A stretch of 63,643 bases of DNA, counting the filler, from Collodictyon triciliatum (lineage: Eukaryota): NCBI GenBank assembly GCA_043381765.1. It is 5 parts of 5 records of this genome, joined end to end, with 100 filler letters (N's around TTAATTAATTAA, not from the genome) between each part and the next. Parts side by side here need not be neighbours in the genome. Positions count along the whole stretch, not along the records: positions 1 to 13,928 come from JBHJMP010001895.1; positions 14,029 to 27,842 come from JBHJMP010001898.1; 3 more parts are not named here. One strand, written 5' to 3'. The translations under genes and the position numbers were made by a program. The notes under the pieces were generated by a model. That model was not told the origin of the DNA. It saw nothing but the letters and a program-made list of their open reading frames with translations, and did not search any database. This document shows positions 1-14,861 of this stretch, piece after piece. How positions within the stretch are numbered: the first letter of the stretch is position 1; each line of letters begins with the position of its first letter.

Positions 1-123
1 AAAAAAAAAAATAAAAATTAATATTTTTTATATTAACACCCCCCCCCCCCCCCTTTTTTTTTTTTTTTTTTCTTCTTCTTCTTTTCATTTGTACACAATC
101 ACATATTCTAACTCCACGAAAAG

Positions 124-3100
124 ATTCTCCTTGATCAGAATTCGATGCTAGAAAAGCAAAGCACCATTTTGGAGAATTTGGAGGATCAAATTAGAAGAGA
201 TTATGGATTTTCTCAGGTTGAAGGCTTTATTTTAATAATCACACATCCTACGCATTTACCTCCTCTTTTTGTAAAATTGGTTTTATTTTACTATGTTTGT
301 CGTATGATCATAGGCGAAAAAGCCTGAAACCGATACACGTTCGCATAGTTTCCAATCAGACACAGCTAATGTAATTTACACCTACTGATTCATCCATCTT
401 TATATAGTTTTTTAAAACATATAATACAATAGTGAACTGTATATTATGGCGTGTAGTACCAATTTAGCTAGCATCAATACTTTACATTATAATCTATTGG
501 TTAGGAGCATGAAAGTGAATTACAGCTGCTAAGAAGTCAACTAGAGGAGCAAGTGAGTATTAATGCCTCACTCGAACAGCGCATCAGGCAAGCAGAGAAG
601 TTTCCTTCACAAATTACCCAGAATATGTATATATGTTAATATAATAAACAATCATTTCGTATCTTTAATCCCTCGTGTAATTAAATAAGGTATATGCGTT
701 TATAAAAACATTGTACTACATTTCATGCTTGCCACTTATAATTGCATTTGGTAACTTTTACCAGAGGCGATAGAATGGAGACTCTACTTCGTGACTTGGA
801 GGATAAATATGCACATATTTCGGAGTTGGAGCATAATCTTTCTGATATTACTCATGAAAGGGATGACTTAATGCAGCAATATGACGAGTAAGTATTTGGT
901 GATTTTCATCACATCTCCTTTCCATTCCTTTTTTTTTCTTTTTTTTGAGAATTCCCGCTAATAGTTTGATCTAATCAGGACACTTCATAAATATCGGATT
1001 GCAAGGGAAAGAAATGATGAACTTGAGAGGCAGCTTGAACATAAAGATGAGCTTCTCCTTAAATATCAGGATTCATCTCTAGGCCATGAAGGAAGCAGTA
1101 CCATATCCGAAGAAGACTACATAGAACATAAGGCTCATTCGTTTGAGCTAGGAGTAATCAAATAATCATTATTTATTTATCTATTTAATTTTATTTATTT
1201 ATTAATAACATGCTGTATCATTGAAAGAAAGGTTGTATTCCATATCAATATCATTTTTTACGTCTCAAAAGACCTCCAGAAGAGGATTAGCTCATTCTGG
1301 AATGACACCTTACCGAGTCGAGTCAAGCGCCAGCTCTTCGAGCACTATTTCTGACTTTAAGCAAAATATGCGATGTTTGATATCTAAAGTAGGAATCACT
1401 TACCGATTTATTTTTTTCTAACTCTCCCCATGTGGAAATATGTTATATTCACTCAAAAATGGTATTTTATACCATCGTAGTTAAGCTCTTTAGTTGAGGC
1501 TAGGAAGAGCAATGAAACTAAAAGGCATCTTGAGGTGATTCATTTTTCATGTTCATTTTTTTCTAGAAGCAAAGTTGCATTATTCTTAATATATGTAATA
1601 ATGATTCAATATCAAGAAGGTTCTCCATTTAACATTTTTATGCAAAAGCATGCTTATCATGCGGAGGAAATTTCAGAGAGAATTCAATCACTTACAGAGC
1701 TTACAACAACTGATGGAAAAGTAGGCTTTTTTATTTTATTCTTGTTTTTTTGTTTTTGTTTTTATTCTTATTTCCATCGATATTGCTATTTGTTACTATT
1801 TGTAATACTTATATTATAGCATGACATATAAGAAAAAATAACAGAGTTTGAGGTTAGTGTATTATCACATCACAATGGGAGCTAACACACCAAATCATCT
1901 GGCTCGAAATGTTAGATGGAAGATGAATCTAATCAGCATGGTCTAAACGAATTGCAATTTGTCGAAGAGATGACTATATTATTGAGCGATATGGAAAAAT
2001 TGGTAATATAATTAAGTCTTTGATATGTGTATTCGTATCCCATCGAAGAGCTGATGTTTTTTTTTCTTTTAAAAATGATTAGGAGTCTGATTATAGTCGT
2101 CTCGAAACCTCTCAACTATCTGAATTGCTCGAAAAAATACACTTGCTTGAAGAAGACAATCTATCTCTTTTGGTAAACGTAATGTCCTTGGGCAGTGCAA
2201 AAATGACTTTCTTTTTTTTTNNNNNNNNNNNNNNNNNNNNNNNNNNNNNNNNNNNNNNNNNNNNNNNNNNNNNNNNNNNNNNNNNNNNNNNNNNNNNNNN
2301 NNNNNNNNNNNNNNNNNNNNNNNNNNNNNNNNNNNNNNNNNNNNNNNNNNNNNNNNNNNNNNNNNNNNNNNNNNNNNNNNNNNNNNNNNNNNNNNNNNNN
2401 NNNNNNNNNNNNNNNNNNNNNNNNNNNNNNNNNNNNNNNNNNNNNNNNNNNNNNNNNNNNNNNNNNNNNNNNNNNNNNNNNNNNNNNNNNNNNNNNNNNN
2501 NNNNNNNNNNNNNNNNNNNNNNNNNNNNNNNNNNNNNNNNNNNNNNNNNNNNNNNNNNNNNNNNNNNNNNNNNNNNNNNNNNNNNNNNNNNNNNNNNNNN
2601 NNNNNNNNNNNNNNNNNNNNNNNNNNNNNNNNNNTTTTTTTTTTTACTTTTTCATAATTTTTCATCTATTTCCATTCAACTATACTTATCTATTCATAAT
2701 ATCTTTTCCTTCAGGTGAGAAAAAAGAGATTGATGAATCTTTCGATTCATTTCCACTAAACAGCGAAGCAAATATACCTTTCTCTCCTGGAAAACTTGAA
2801 TATGTATCAGCCGACGATTTGACTCAGTCAGTTGGTAGGGTAGTCGACGGTGAACCCAGTGATAAGAAAGACATCAAATCTAACGCAGAATCCCAGGACA
2901 TGATCGAATCATTAAACCGAAGAATCGTACTGCTCGAAATTCAGCTCGTTGAGAAGGATGATGTGATTAAGAAATTAGTGACTGAAAAGAAAAGCCTTCA
3001 GAATGAGATAGAAAACATATCGCGGCTTATGGAGGCTGATCAAGACGATTACATGAGATCAACGAGTTCACAAAGTTCAAAAACCACATCTCACGAGAGC

Positions 3101-4006
3101 AACCAAACCATAGAAACCATGTATATGGAAACGGCAGAAAATGGGGTGAGATCAAATTTACACTTTGCACTGCTTTCTTATCATCTTACATCACGAAAGG
3201 CAGAAAGAGCAACTGAGTAATATATTTATCGTATATTATTCACTCTTGTGAATATTTGGTTGCTGAATTATTATATCATTTGGTATGCACGTTTATTTTG
3301 TATCTAATTTTCTTGAAATCTTCACAAATGTGAGCGAGAATCATAAAGATCGAATCGCTCCTTACTGAATAAGAAACAAAAATAATAATAATAATTAGAA
3401 TTGAATTCTAAAGAATTTATTGGTTCAATAATTTTTTTTTTAATATTCATAATGTCCTTCATCTTAGAAGGTCAAGCGTGAAGAAGATAATGCAGACTCA
3501 CAAAGTAAATCTAATTGTTGCTATTTAGCATTTGATGACATATTTTGTAGAATTTTTCATAGGAATCATATTTTGGAATAAAACCAGAAAATCATTTGAA
3601 AATGTCTATTTTAGTTCACATACCCAGTGGCTTAGCACTTCGGTTCTACTTTAATACCTTTTTAAGACAATATCCGGCACTAATATATCAAACATAATTT
3701 CATTCGATTAGTATATTTTCGATCTTTGGATAACAATATCGTATAACTGTTGAATTTGCAATAGACATATCCCTGAAAATGTGAGCATAGAATCCCCGTC
3801 CCATGAGGATACTTCGGTCTATAACCATAAACCCTATTTCGTTACCATGTTTTATCTACTCAGCTATTGCAATTCAGGTTTATAACTTTAGCTTTCCTTT
3901 GCTATACATATAGGGTCTGAGGACTGAAATTTCAAATCTTCGTTTAGAACTTGAGACTCTTCATATGGAAAATTCGGAATTAACAAGTCCTCTTCTAAAT
4001 GAAAAC

Positions 4007-4037
<31 letters not shown>

Positions 4038-7000
4038 ACAAAAACAAAAACAAAAACAAAAACAAAAACAAAAACAAAAACAAAAACCAATTATGCACTA
4101 CTCACGAGATAACTCGCAATTTGACTTTCAAAATTAAGGAATAACATGACTCAATTCTACTAGATAAAATCAGGGCAATGGTGTCTCAAAATAGCTTAAT
4201 TGAGGAGCAAGTTAGAGAAAAAGATGAAACCATACTTAAAAATTCGAATAACACACAGGCTTTCTTACTGGATATTCAATCTTTACGCTCCAAGGCGATG
4301 GTGCGTTATTCAATAAACATCCAATTTTTATAATTTTGATAATAATGGCTTGATACCTAATCCAAAGTTGCCTAATTCTTTCAACAATTTTTCACTCGTG
4401 AATTTTGTCACATAGTCGGCTGAAAAAGAACTATTCGAATTGAGAACTCAGCTTGAAATTTTGAAAACGCAAGAGCTTGCCTTAAAAGTACATACTAAAA
4501 TGATTTTCATCAACCTATAAGAAATTTATAAATTGATCTTGATGTACCGAAATATAATATCCAATTTGACTTGGGGTGTATGTAACAGAAGCAACTTGAC
4601 GAGCTTGAAAAGTCTAATGAAAGCCTCGAAGAGTTGATGAACACACTGCAAAGTCAATTACAGGTCAATAGCATGGAGATTGCATCCAAAGATCGACAAA
4701 TTAAGTCACAAAATGAAGTGATTTTTGCCCACGAAAAAGAGGTATTTTGTCGCATTACAACTCTTTCAAAAAGCCACCCCCTTTGAAAAATGTTGTGATA
4801 TCCCCTCAATAGACTACAATTTTTTCCCCCGAATTTATTCATCACACAGGCAAAAAAATTCGTGGAATTATTTGAAACTTGTAAAAAAGATACCATTCGA
4901 CTATTTGAACAGGTTCTTAATTTATTTTTTTTACTTATATACGTGCAATATACCAGCATTTTGTAAAATGTTTTGGATCTACAAATATTATTTCGAAAAC
5001 TGAATATGTGAAGTTAAATTTTAAGCTGTCATTAACTTATGAAATCTCACTTTAATTTTTTTATTACTAGATGGATTCCATGAAGGACGAAAACACTACA
5101 TCCATATTGTCCTTGGTAAGTTAAACATTCATTTGATTATTATTCATTACTTTTTGTACGTAATGCGTGACACAGGGAATTAATAGATGTAATCATATGC
5201 ATTTATTATCCAACAGGAGCTACCAAAGCTGTTAAATGTCGCATATTCTCGATGGAATGAATTCACACAAGTTCAAAAAACAAAGTTTTCACAGTTATTG
5301 GAGGAACTTAACATAACTAAAACGGCTTTACTTGACGAGCAAAATATGAAAAAAAGACTTGAAGTATATACTATGTTCACCAATATATTAAATTGAACGA
5401 AATAAAACAAATAAAATCTTTGGAAACTTGCACTAAATATATAGATATCGTAATTTAAATTAATTATTATATACATATTACGTGTTTAACATGATGTTTT
5501 CAACTTGATTGTTTTTATATTGTACCACGGAAAATACATTGAACAAATGTTTGGAATCTATCAGGACGGTATATCTTAACATCCTAATTACACTTGATTG
5601 GATTTCATTTTCTCTCTCTTTTTTTTTTTTTAAAAAAAAAATGCTTGTTTTGTTATACATTGTTTTTTTTTTATCCTTTCTAACCTCCAACGTAAAATAT
5701 ATTTATTGCATTTCCCTCTTAATCATGGAAGCTCAAATCACAACAATTCAAATTTATCAATTTTAATAGAAATACAAAAATCAGCGCGTAAGTGCAAGGA
5801 AATCACAACCCGTTTGGAAGAATCCATATTAGTAAACAGTGAGCTAGTGTCAGAAAAGGAGAAGCTCTCAGGACAGGTAATTAATAAAAGACCATTTTTC
5901 TTTTTCTTTAATAAAAAGTTACAATACTTGTACGTTTAGTGATATATTTAATCCAAAAATTAAAAAATCACTTTTGGTTTTAATTGATTGCCTCTCCATG
6001 CACAACAATGATTTTCTTCCCAGCCCTATTTTTTAAAGTAAAAAATAGAAAAAATAAAACTGTTCTAAATCAGATATCAAATTGGGCGTCTGAAATCGAC
6101 CTTCTTAACCGTAGTAAAGTGGAATTGCAAGAAAAATTTGAAAAAATAAGTTTGCACGTGAGTTATTTTATTATCCTCTCAAAATTATACACACATCTTG
6201 CTTTGATGATGTTCTTACATAGTTTGACGATGAGCGCCGTTCCCTTCAACAAACAATTAATAAGCTCAAGATTGACTTAGAGGAGAAGAACGCACTATTA
6301 TATCATGAGGTGTATTCAATTTTCCTATTTTTCCCATTAGTTTTATGTGGTGTTTACATCGGAGATTGTGTTATTGATTAATTTGCATAAATTGTTTAAA
6401 ATATACTAGAGGGAATACACAAGCGTACCATTTTGTCAGTCGATTTTTTTTTTTGCACTATCTAGACTATATCATCACGGGAGCGATTGACATCACAAAC
6501 AGAGCATAATCAGACCCACAGACAGACAGATATACCAAAATATCGTGCCCATGTATTTCTCCTTCAATGTTTAATGACATAATAAATCATATAAAAAAGC
6601 AACAAAACAACATCAACAGCAGCAACAACAGCAACAACAAAAAGAAGCATACATAATTTTTTTTTTAGCCTAAATCATAGATTCCTAAGCATAACCACTC
6701 TACAGGCCTCTCCCTATTTATCACCAGCTCATGAGTCCTCCCGACAATACACTCCAATTAAGTAAATAGAACGACATACATGTTTTTTTTTTATTTTGAT
6801 GCTGATGATACTTCTTAAAACGTGTATTGAACCTATAGTCATACCTTGACAACATGAACATCTAGTTCGGCACGGGAGTATACGCCTCGCTATGCAGCAG
6901 CTTTGAATAAAGAATCTATTGATCCCAGTCATTTGCGACCTACCTCTGGCATCGGGACCGAATTACGTCACCACAACCACCGGTTTTCAGGAGATTACGG

Positions 7001-7772
7001 ACAAAAAACTGCAGAACGAGCCATTTCTCCAAGATATATGTCTCTTGGTACACCGCCTATGGTAGCCTTTCCCCCCCCCCCCCCCCCCCCCCCCCCCTTA
7101 CGAATATTTTTCTTTAAATACCCTACAACTCTATCAAATACATCCACCAAAATAGTATATTTTAGAGTATAAAAGCAACAACAACATTCAATTACATGCA
7201 CGGTGCATTGCTACCTTATTAAATATATGGTTATACTTTCCATAATGACTTTGTCGATTAACCCTAGGGAAATCGTTTGGACACAACTATTCGAGGTGAA
7301 TCTGGTTCTCGGTTTTCCTCCAGAAGTGAGAGACTTTTGGCGGAGCAAACTGATCTATACCACGACACAAACCGCTCGAAGTCACCTGGGATTTGTGCTA
7401 CACCGCTCTCTACCATAGACTCAGCGAGAAGACAAGCAGACAGTGGGATGTTTGCTGACACAGCAGCGCCTCTGAATTCCGCCCGTGACTCTTTAGCGTC
7501 CGACTTGAGAACTAATGTTGTAAGTGGGCAATTATATTAACACAAAGGGGGTATAGAACCATCGATTCTTGTGTGTAATGCAGCCTAAATTTTTGTTACC
7601 ATGTATTTTTTCGTTACATAATCGATTTCATATATATAAAAAAAAGATGAATGCAAGCTCTGCTACAGAGTTGTTGAACAGCATTAAAAGAACACAAACA
7701 AAAGTTATGCAAACATACCGCTCCGTGTCTAATGGGAGTGTTACACCAGGCAGGAGACTGGATGAAAGCTAG
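124..7772 (+). CDS. Multi-exon long coiled-coil protein (5' partial, contains N gap), low-complexity Ser/Thr/Arg-rich C-terminus
   Basis: Many short GT-AG bounded exons with heptad E/L/K/Q-rich translation (EHESELQLLRSQLEEQ; ESLNRRIVLLEIQLVEKDDVIKKLVTEKKSLQNEIE; GLRTEISNLRLELETLHMEN); last exon ends ...GRRLDES* at 7772. Could be more than one gene. Confidence 0.65.
4003..4086. repeat. (AAAAC)/(AAAAAC)n microsatellite, intronic
   Basis: Directly visible tandem repeat. Confidence 0.95.
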
Positions 7773-7804
7773 AATAAACAAACACACTATCTCACTCGTG
7801 AATG

Positions 7805-8275
7805 TACATACATACATACATACATACATACATACATACATACATACATACATANNNNNNNNNNNNNNNNNNNNNNNNNNNNNNNNNNNNNNNNNNNNNN
7901 NNNNNNNNNNNNNNNNNNNNNNNNNNNNNNNNNNNNNNNNNNNNNNNNNNNNNNNNNNNNNNNNNNNNNNNNNNNNNNNNNNNNNNNNNNNNNNNNNNNN
8001 NNNNNNNNNNNNNNNNNNNNNNNNNNNNNNNNNNNNNNNNNNNNNNNNNNNNNNNNNNNNNNNNNNNNNNNNNNNNNNNNNNNNNNNNNNNNNNNNNNNN
8101 NNNNNNNNNNNNNNNNNNNNNNNNNNNNNNNNNNNNNNNNNNNNNNNNNNNNNNNNCATACATACATACATACATACATACATACATACATACATACATA
8201 CATACATACATACATACATACATACATACATACATACATACATACATACATACATACATACATACATACATACAT
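7805..8275. repeat. (TACA)n microsatellite spanning an N gap
   Basis: Directly visible on both sides of the gap. Confidence 0.95.
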
Positions 8276-8515
8276 TCGCATTTGTGGATCTTATCGCCTT
8301 TTCAAATGAAGTGATGCTTTTGGGCAAAAATAACGTATTTGTAACGTACTAAGTGAAAGAACACGATCTTTTTGGCAGTAGCATTTGATACGTCTGCTGT
8401 TCGGGAGTTGTGATCATTCCTAGCTTATTGGAGTTATGAGTCTTTTGGTGGTCAGAGGGTCGATGCCCCGACATCATTTATATATTAATATTATTATATA
8501 AATGATGTCATGCCC

Positions 8516-8705
<190 letters not shown>

Positions 8706-8746
8706 GAAAACAAAAGGCAGGTGATCTTTCCAATCGTCCAAGCGAA

Positions 8747-11700
8747 ATGACCACCGGCAGATCGGTGGCTGTGAACATATCCGTGGAGAGTTCGTCACCA
8801 GAGCCACCCATGAATCACGCACCAGCGAGTCAAGCTCCTCCGGGCCATCCACAAGTAATCAGCGGGCAAGCAAACAAACACGGCATACTTGCGTTTCACC
8901 ACTTTGGATTGTCTGTGAAGAACATCTTCCAGTCTAACCGCTCTAATAAAGTTGAGCCCCAAGTTGTCCTGGATGGTATTTAATATGACTTTTATTTATC
9001 AATTCTTATTATGCAAACTCAGAATCTACTCAACTGTTGACACATTCGTATTTTTTTATTTATTTTATTATTTTATTATTTTATTATTTTATGAATATCA
9101 AATATATAGGTGAAAGCAGAATGCTTCAGAAAATATCCGCTTTGAAAGACAAACAATTGCATGTGGGAAGTGCGCTCCAACATCTACAGGAACGCAAGCG
9201 ATTCAACTTTGATATTCAGCTCTTGATTTACATGTTTCACGTTGGTTTCTTCTTGGCTACAATTTTGAGCTGTATTCCAGTCCATTTTTCCTTCGAACAA
9301 GTACTTCTCAGCCGTTTTTCTCTTTTCTTTTTTCTTTTTTTAAAAAAAAAACAGATGTACCTACCAATACAGAAAGCTATTTTTCTCCTTATCTAATAAC
9401 CCATTGGAAGCAATATATTTATTTATTTCTATGATTCTAACCACACATTCCCTCTTCTTTTCCTTTTTTAACAACCGAAAGGTCGACATGATTGGCACTT
9501 ACTTCAGCAACAGTGCGTCCTATTATCTTCCATTTAAACAATCCATACATTTAAATTTTTTTTTTATTAAAATTAAGCCAACAACGTACTTAGACCAAAA
9601 CTCGGCGTATATGAACTACGATATGGTCACCACAAAGGTAAATTATAAGACATCATGGCTTTATCTATGACCCTCATGCATGTTGTTGATAGTTAAAACT
9701 CATACCCTCACAAATGTAGAAATTTAAACCTCTCTCCTAACCTTAATACATATCAACTCAATACACCACGTAAACAGGACGACATTTATACGGTATTTTT
9801 TTATCATAATCAAAGACAAAAACGGAAACAAGAATTATACGACATATGCATCATAATTCATTAGCAAAAATAAAAAAATAATGTTGATTACCACTAAAAT
9901 TAAAATCTGGCCCAGTTCTTGAAAACGACGGTTCTCACTGGGCTGGAGATAGACCCAAAAACCCGCTGGGTTCATGACATAAATCCTTTGGCGAGTAGCC
10001 AGCGCTTGGTTGGATTACCTCTTTTGCGTCAGGTCCGCACACAACCATCACCGTGTCACTACGACCCAGAGGAAGTCGAATGTTTCGAATTTTTCGAAAA
10101 AGAGCACGAAGAAAAACGACCGATGTAACTTTTCTTCTCCCAACAATCGATATAGCCTTGCCTTGATTTATGCTTTGTGATATCACAACTGTCGCAATTT
10201 CATATGTAATTATCAGGGATTGGAGCATGGGCTTCCTCATGCTATTTCCCCTCTATCTAATATCCCTTATGTTATGTCAAGAAACGGAATGTATAATTGG
10301 ACAGACGGATATCCTTTTCTCTATCCATCATCGGCATTTTATCGTGACTTCCATTTGGGAATCCAGCAGAACTATGGTACTGGTGGGTACGCCATACTCT
10401 TACCCATAAACAGCTCTGGTTTTGCAACAATTGAACAGTTGCAGGTAAACTGTGATAATTCTTCACATTCCACTCAAATGACTTTTCCTCATTTACGATT
10501 TGACTTGAGCCCTTTATCATACCCAACCGATTTCATCCTTTGATAAATTCATGCAAGTGACAAGTGGTGACTCACTCTTCTCGACATTTTTTTCCCCAAT
10601 TTTTGTAGTATCGTTAGATATATAATATGTTTAATGATACTACAATTTTTTTTTAAAAAATTTTAAACAAATATTGTGACTGAGCCAATCGATTATTTCT
10701 TTCGACTACAGGATGACAGATGGATTGATAGACCAACTCGGGCCGTCTCGATTAATTTTTCCTTTTTCAATGCCGACCTTGGGTTTATAACATCGGTTGA
10801 ATACGTATAATATTCATGTTCCTTTTATGAAACAGCTATATCATATCATCAGAAGAAACTGAATTTTTACTTGTACTAACTCGTAATATTTGGATTGTAG
10901 TTGTTCGAACTCTCTCCTACAGGAAGAATTGAGCCAACTAGGCGAATAAATAGCTATCCTTTAGTCTCGTAATTTATGAATACTTGATGCATCTACAATT
11001 TCATACATGTTACACTTTGCTTTGGATAACCCATCTGATTGGTAACATCGATTTTATTCCGTTTTAAATTCCAATTCTTGAAATGACCTGGGATTGACGC
11101 TTCAAGTATGTAATGAATAATCTCACCACCAATAAATAGACTTTCTGAAATTTTTCATTCTTTTGGATATATATTGTTATATGTACTTTGAATCGAATAA
11201 AGGAAAAAAAATATATATTGTTATATGTAAATATTTTTTTCTCAATAACAAAACATTTTATCACAGTTTGAAAAGAATGGACAATGATTCCGCCAAAATT
11301 GGTGTCTACATTATATTCTGCATCGTCACTGCGATATGGATGATTGATGAGTGTCGACATGTAAGCTCACGAAAATAGAGGGAAAAATGCAACTCCCATA
11401 TGTGATTCATTGACTAGCGATTTTGATTTCTGAAATATTCATTGCTTGTGTTAATCATTCACGAAAATTTAAAGATTATCCACGAACCTGGTGATTACTT
11501 TTCGACACGCTGGAATGTACTCGAGTTTGTCAACATGATGGTCATATATCATAATAAAACACCCTTAGTTTCAAATCCAATAAATGACAGAACAATCAAT
11601 TTTTACTCGAATTTACCAAATTCTAAATGATGACTTTATTTCATTTCCAGCTTTTTGGAGCATTTATTATAGCCTTGGGGGTATACATGCAAGAGTCCTC

Positions 11701-13830
11701 AAAGGCAATCGACATTCTGTTTCGTGTCCCAATTATCAAGGAGCTCAAAAGATATTATGATTTCCAGTCACCTGGTTTTATGTATTATTCACTCCAGGTA
11801 ATTGAGTGACAAAAATAGAACATTTAAGCCAGGAATTTAGATTATCATTTGATTATACAGATTGATACCCTTAGACTTTTTTTACGAAGCCACTATCAGT
11901 CATTTATTCATACCCATTTTTCTTATTAAAAAAAAACAACCACTCTAATGAAATTTTTGTCAACTTCAATGAAATCTAGCAACTAGCTGGGGTTTGTTGT
12001 CTTTTGATTTTTATGAAGATATTCAAATTCTTTCGAGCTGTGAAAAAGCTAAACTTGTTGTGGAGAACTCTGGAACTAGCCTCAGGAACCCTTGTTGCTT
12101 ATGCAGCCATTTTCTTGATTGTTTTCATGGCATTTTCTTTGCAAGGGTGCGTGCTTAACAAATATAAATCCCAACAAAACAAGCCCTTCTTTCTTTCTAA
12201 AAAAACGCCCACATATTTTCCTACTGACCCTAAATAATCTTTTTTATTTCAGGTATTTTCTGTTTGGCTTTCAAATGAAAACTTTCCACGCTTTTCCAAT
12301 ATCCATTTTGACAACCTTCCGAATGATGTCAGGAGATTTCAACTTCTCTGACATCCAAACAACCAGTCCCGTCTTAGGACCTTCATTCTTTATCGTATAT
12401 ATGGTCTTTGTGTTTCTGATTCTGGGTATTTTTTTTTCCGTCTTACCTTAATATACCCTTTAGGGGATGACATACATTCACGCTTAGAATTTTTGTTTCT
12501 GGACATAAGTATTGAACTTATTCAATGAAAATGTCTAATTTTTTTTTCACAGTGAATATGTTTATCGCAATCCTGACTCAATATTATGACGCCGCTTCAA
12601 CCGAAGCTCGAGAGGTTGAACAGTTAGGAAATAAAACTGGTGTAGAGTACGAGCTCGGGCAGGTAAATTATCCGTATTGTACGCAAACAATACATTATTC
12701 ATACATTCACAATTCTTGGGGTTGATTCCATTTATGTAAGTGATTTTGGCATTATAGAAATAAAAAATGCGAAAGACAGCTCACCTGATATAAACAAATA
12801 TCAACAGAGAATACATCAGGGACGTCCCCGATTAGCCTTGAGTAAAAATGATGTTTTTGTCGCTTTGGAGCAGGTGTCTACTTTATTTTCTTTCGCATAC
12901 CTTCTTTCCGAATTATTTCTGGATTCATTGGTAATTTTGTTTTTTCCTATTTAGAACATGATTGTTTTTGTTATACTGTCAAATCACGAGTTACCAAATG
13001 GGACAGCCATTCCAGGAAATGCAAAAGTATTTGAAATCAGATAGCGTTAACCTATGAACATCTCAATCCCTTTTACAATAACATGATTTCTTTGATGCAG
13101 GTCTTATATATCCGGTCAGCTTTTCTCTCTGATACGACTTTGGAAACAATCATGAATGAATCATATTTGGAGTGTTCCATCAATGATGACATTCAAACAT
13201 GGTATTTCGGTCTCATTAACATATCACCAAGCCCAAGCCAGGTTGAAAAATGTATTCTTGACGATGTAAGAATTCACTCGACATATTACCTTGCTTTGTG
13301 AATTCCTATCTTTAGGGAAAAATGTTTCTCGAGTGATTAATTTCGGAATCAATTATATTTCCTATAATCCGCAACTCATTCGCTAATAAGAAAGAATTGA
13401 ATAATTGATAAACGACTTTTGTAGCTGGACTCAAAAATCCGCCAATTCTATGATTTCGTGAATCAAATTCCGGACTGTGAGTGCGCAGTTTACAGAGCTG
13501 ATAACTATTGTCGAATCACAAAAGATGCTGTGATTTCCATTCCGTGGCCACTTGGCGTGCGGTTGTTGAAGTTGAAGCTAAATAAGTCCTTTGATGGAAC
13601 CTCCTTGAAAACATCACACGAACAGCATATTTTTTCTGCAAATCAAGTAAGTTCAAAAGTATGAAACTTAAAGTCTACATAAAACAATGTTTCTCATACA
13701 ATTTGTTTAAAATGTTCCTGTAGATCGAAAGGATGTTTGAAAAACTTTGTTCTGGAGATTCGAAAAGCAACAAAAATATAGGAACCATCCTAAATATGAC
13801 CGTGGAAGACCTGGGGAATAGCATAGATGT
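8747..13830 (+). CDS. PKD2: Polycystin-2 / TRPP-family cation channel (3' end truncated or uncertain at contig end)
   Basis: Spliced translation shows PKD-channel motifs: RLVGLPLLRQVR, YGTGGYAILLP, LQDDRWIDRPTRAVSINFSFFNAD, FELSPTGRIEP, WNVLEFVN, KIFKFFRAVKKLNLLWRTL, YFLFG...ISILTTFRMMSGDF (pore), VLGPSFFIVYMVFVFLILVNMFIAIL (S6). Family-level call, not proven orthology. Confidence 0.9.
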
Positions 13831-13928
13831 TTTTTTTTTTTTTTTTTTTTGACTGAAACTACAAAATATTTGTCTTGCCCTTATGTCTATTCAGGAGATG
13901 GATGATTCTTCTTTTCTTTGTAAAATTT

Positions 13929-14028
13929 NNNNNNNNNNNNNNNNNNNNNNNNNNNNNNNNNNNNNNNNNNNNTTAATTAATTAANNNNNNNNNNNNNNNN
14001 NNNNNNNNNNNNNNNNNNNNNNNNNNNN
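13929..14028. other. Artificial contig-joining linker N44-TTAATTAATTAA-N44
   Basis: Exactly 44 N + palindromic 12-mer with stops in all six frames + 44 N; identical 100-bp unit occurs four times. Confidence 0.98.
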
Positions 14029-14107
<79 letters not shown>

Positions 14108-14176
14108 AAAAAAAAAAAAAAACAAAAAAAAACAAAAAAACAAAAAAACAAAAAAACAAAAAAAACAAAAAAACAA
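14029..14176. repeat. Poly-A / A-rich run at contig end
   Basis: Directly visible. Confidence 0.95.
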
Positions 14177-14196
14177 AGGGAGGATAAAAAAGTGCA

Positions 14197-14861
14197 TAGG
14201 TATATCTTGTTTGGATGAAAGGTTCTACTTCGTTTGCGATTCTGGTGGTATCCAGACGCTTTGTCTTTTGTCGTAGCAGGTCCCGACAATTATTGACTAA
14301 CAATCCTAATTCAACGTCATTCAACTTAAAGAAGCGATAAATAACCTTCAGATTTTCATGGATAGTCTCTTTCTGCTCCATTTCTCTGCCTATAGTGAGT
14401 AGATTTATAATTATCAAACAAGAATGCGATAAAGAGGGACGTAGGACACCTCCTTTGAGCACATATAGAAAATGATATAAATTGTCTCTAGAGTTAAACA
14501 ATAAATATTTGGCACACTATGATGATAAAATTTTGAACAAGTATGTTATTATATAATTAAACCTCATCAATTAGTTATTGGTGACATATAAAATATCATT
14601 ACTCGTGTTTCCTGTGTCGTTTACATAGTACTTGGGTATTGCGTGGGTGTCCCGGAAAATCCGAAGCGATTCCTGAAACTCCTCTTCACCCGACATAAAT
14701 ATTCGCTCCAACTCATCATCGTCATATGAAAAATGTATTACAGAGTCTCCAAAGTCAAAGTTGCGCCTGACGAAAGCAATCAACTCAGACAGTCGAGGCG
14801 CATCGCTTCCAGGCCAATGCAGTCTTCTTGTGCGGTCATTGACGACGACTTTGAAGAGCAT
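14197..14861 (-). CDS. PB1-domain protein (3' partial)
   Basis: MLFKVVVNDRTRRL...LSELIAFVRRNFDF..IHFSYDDDELERIFMSGEEEFQESL fits the PB1 pattern (N-terminal K, acidic YxDxD/ExD OPCA-like loop); further exons run into the poly-A contig end. Confidence 0.7.

Noticed and set aside
13973-13984. TTAATTAATTAA palindrome as a biological site
   Set aside because: Embedded in fixed-length N runs; assembly spacer
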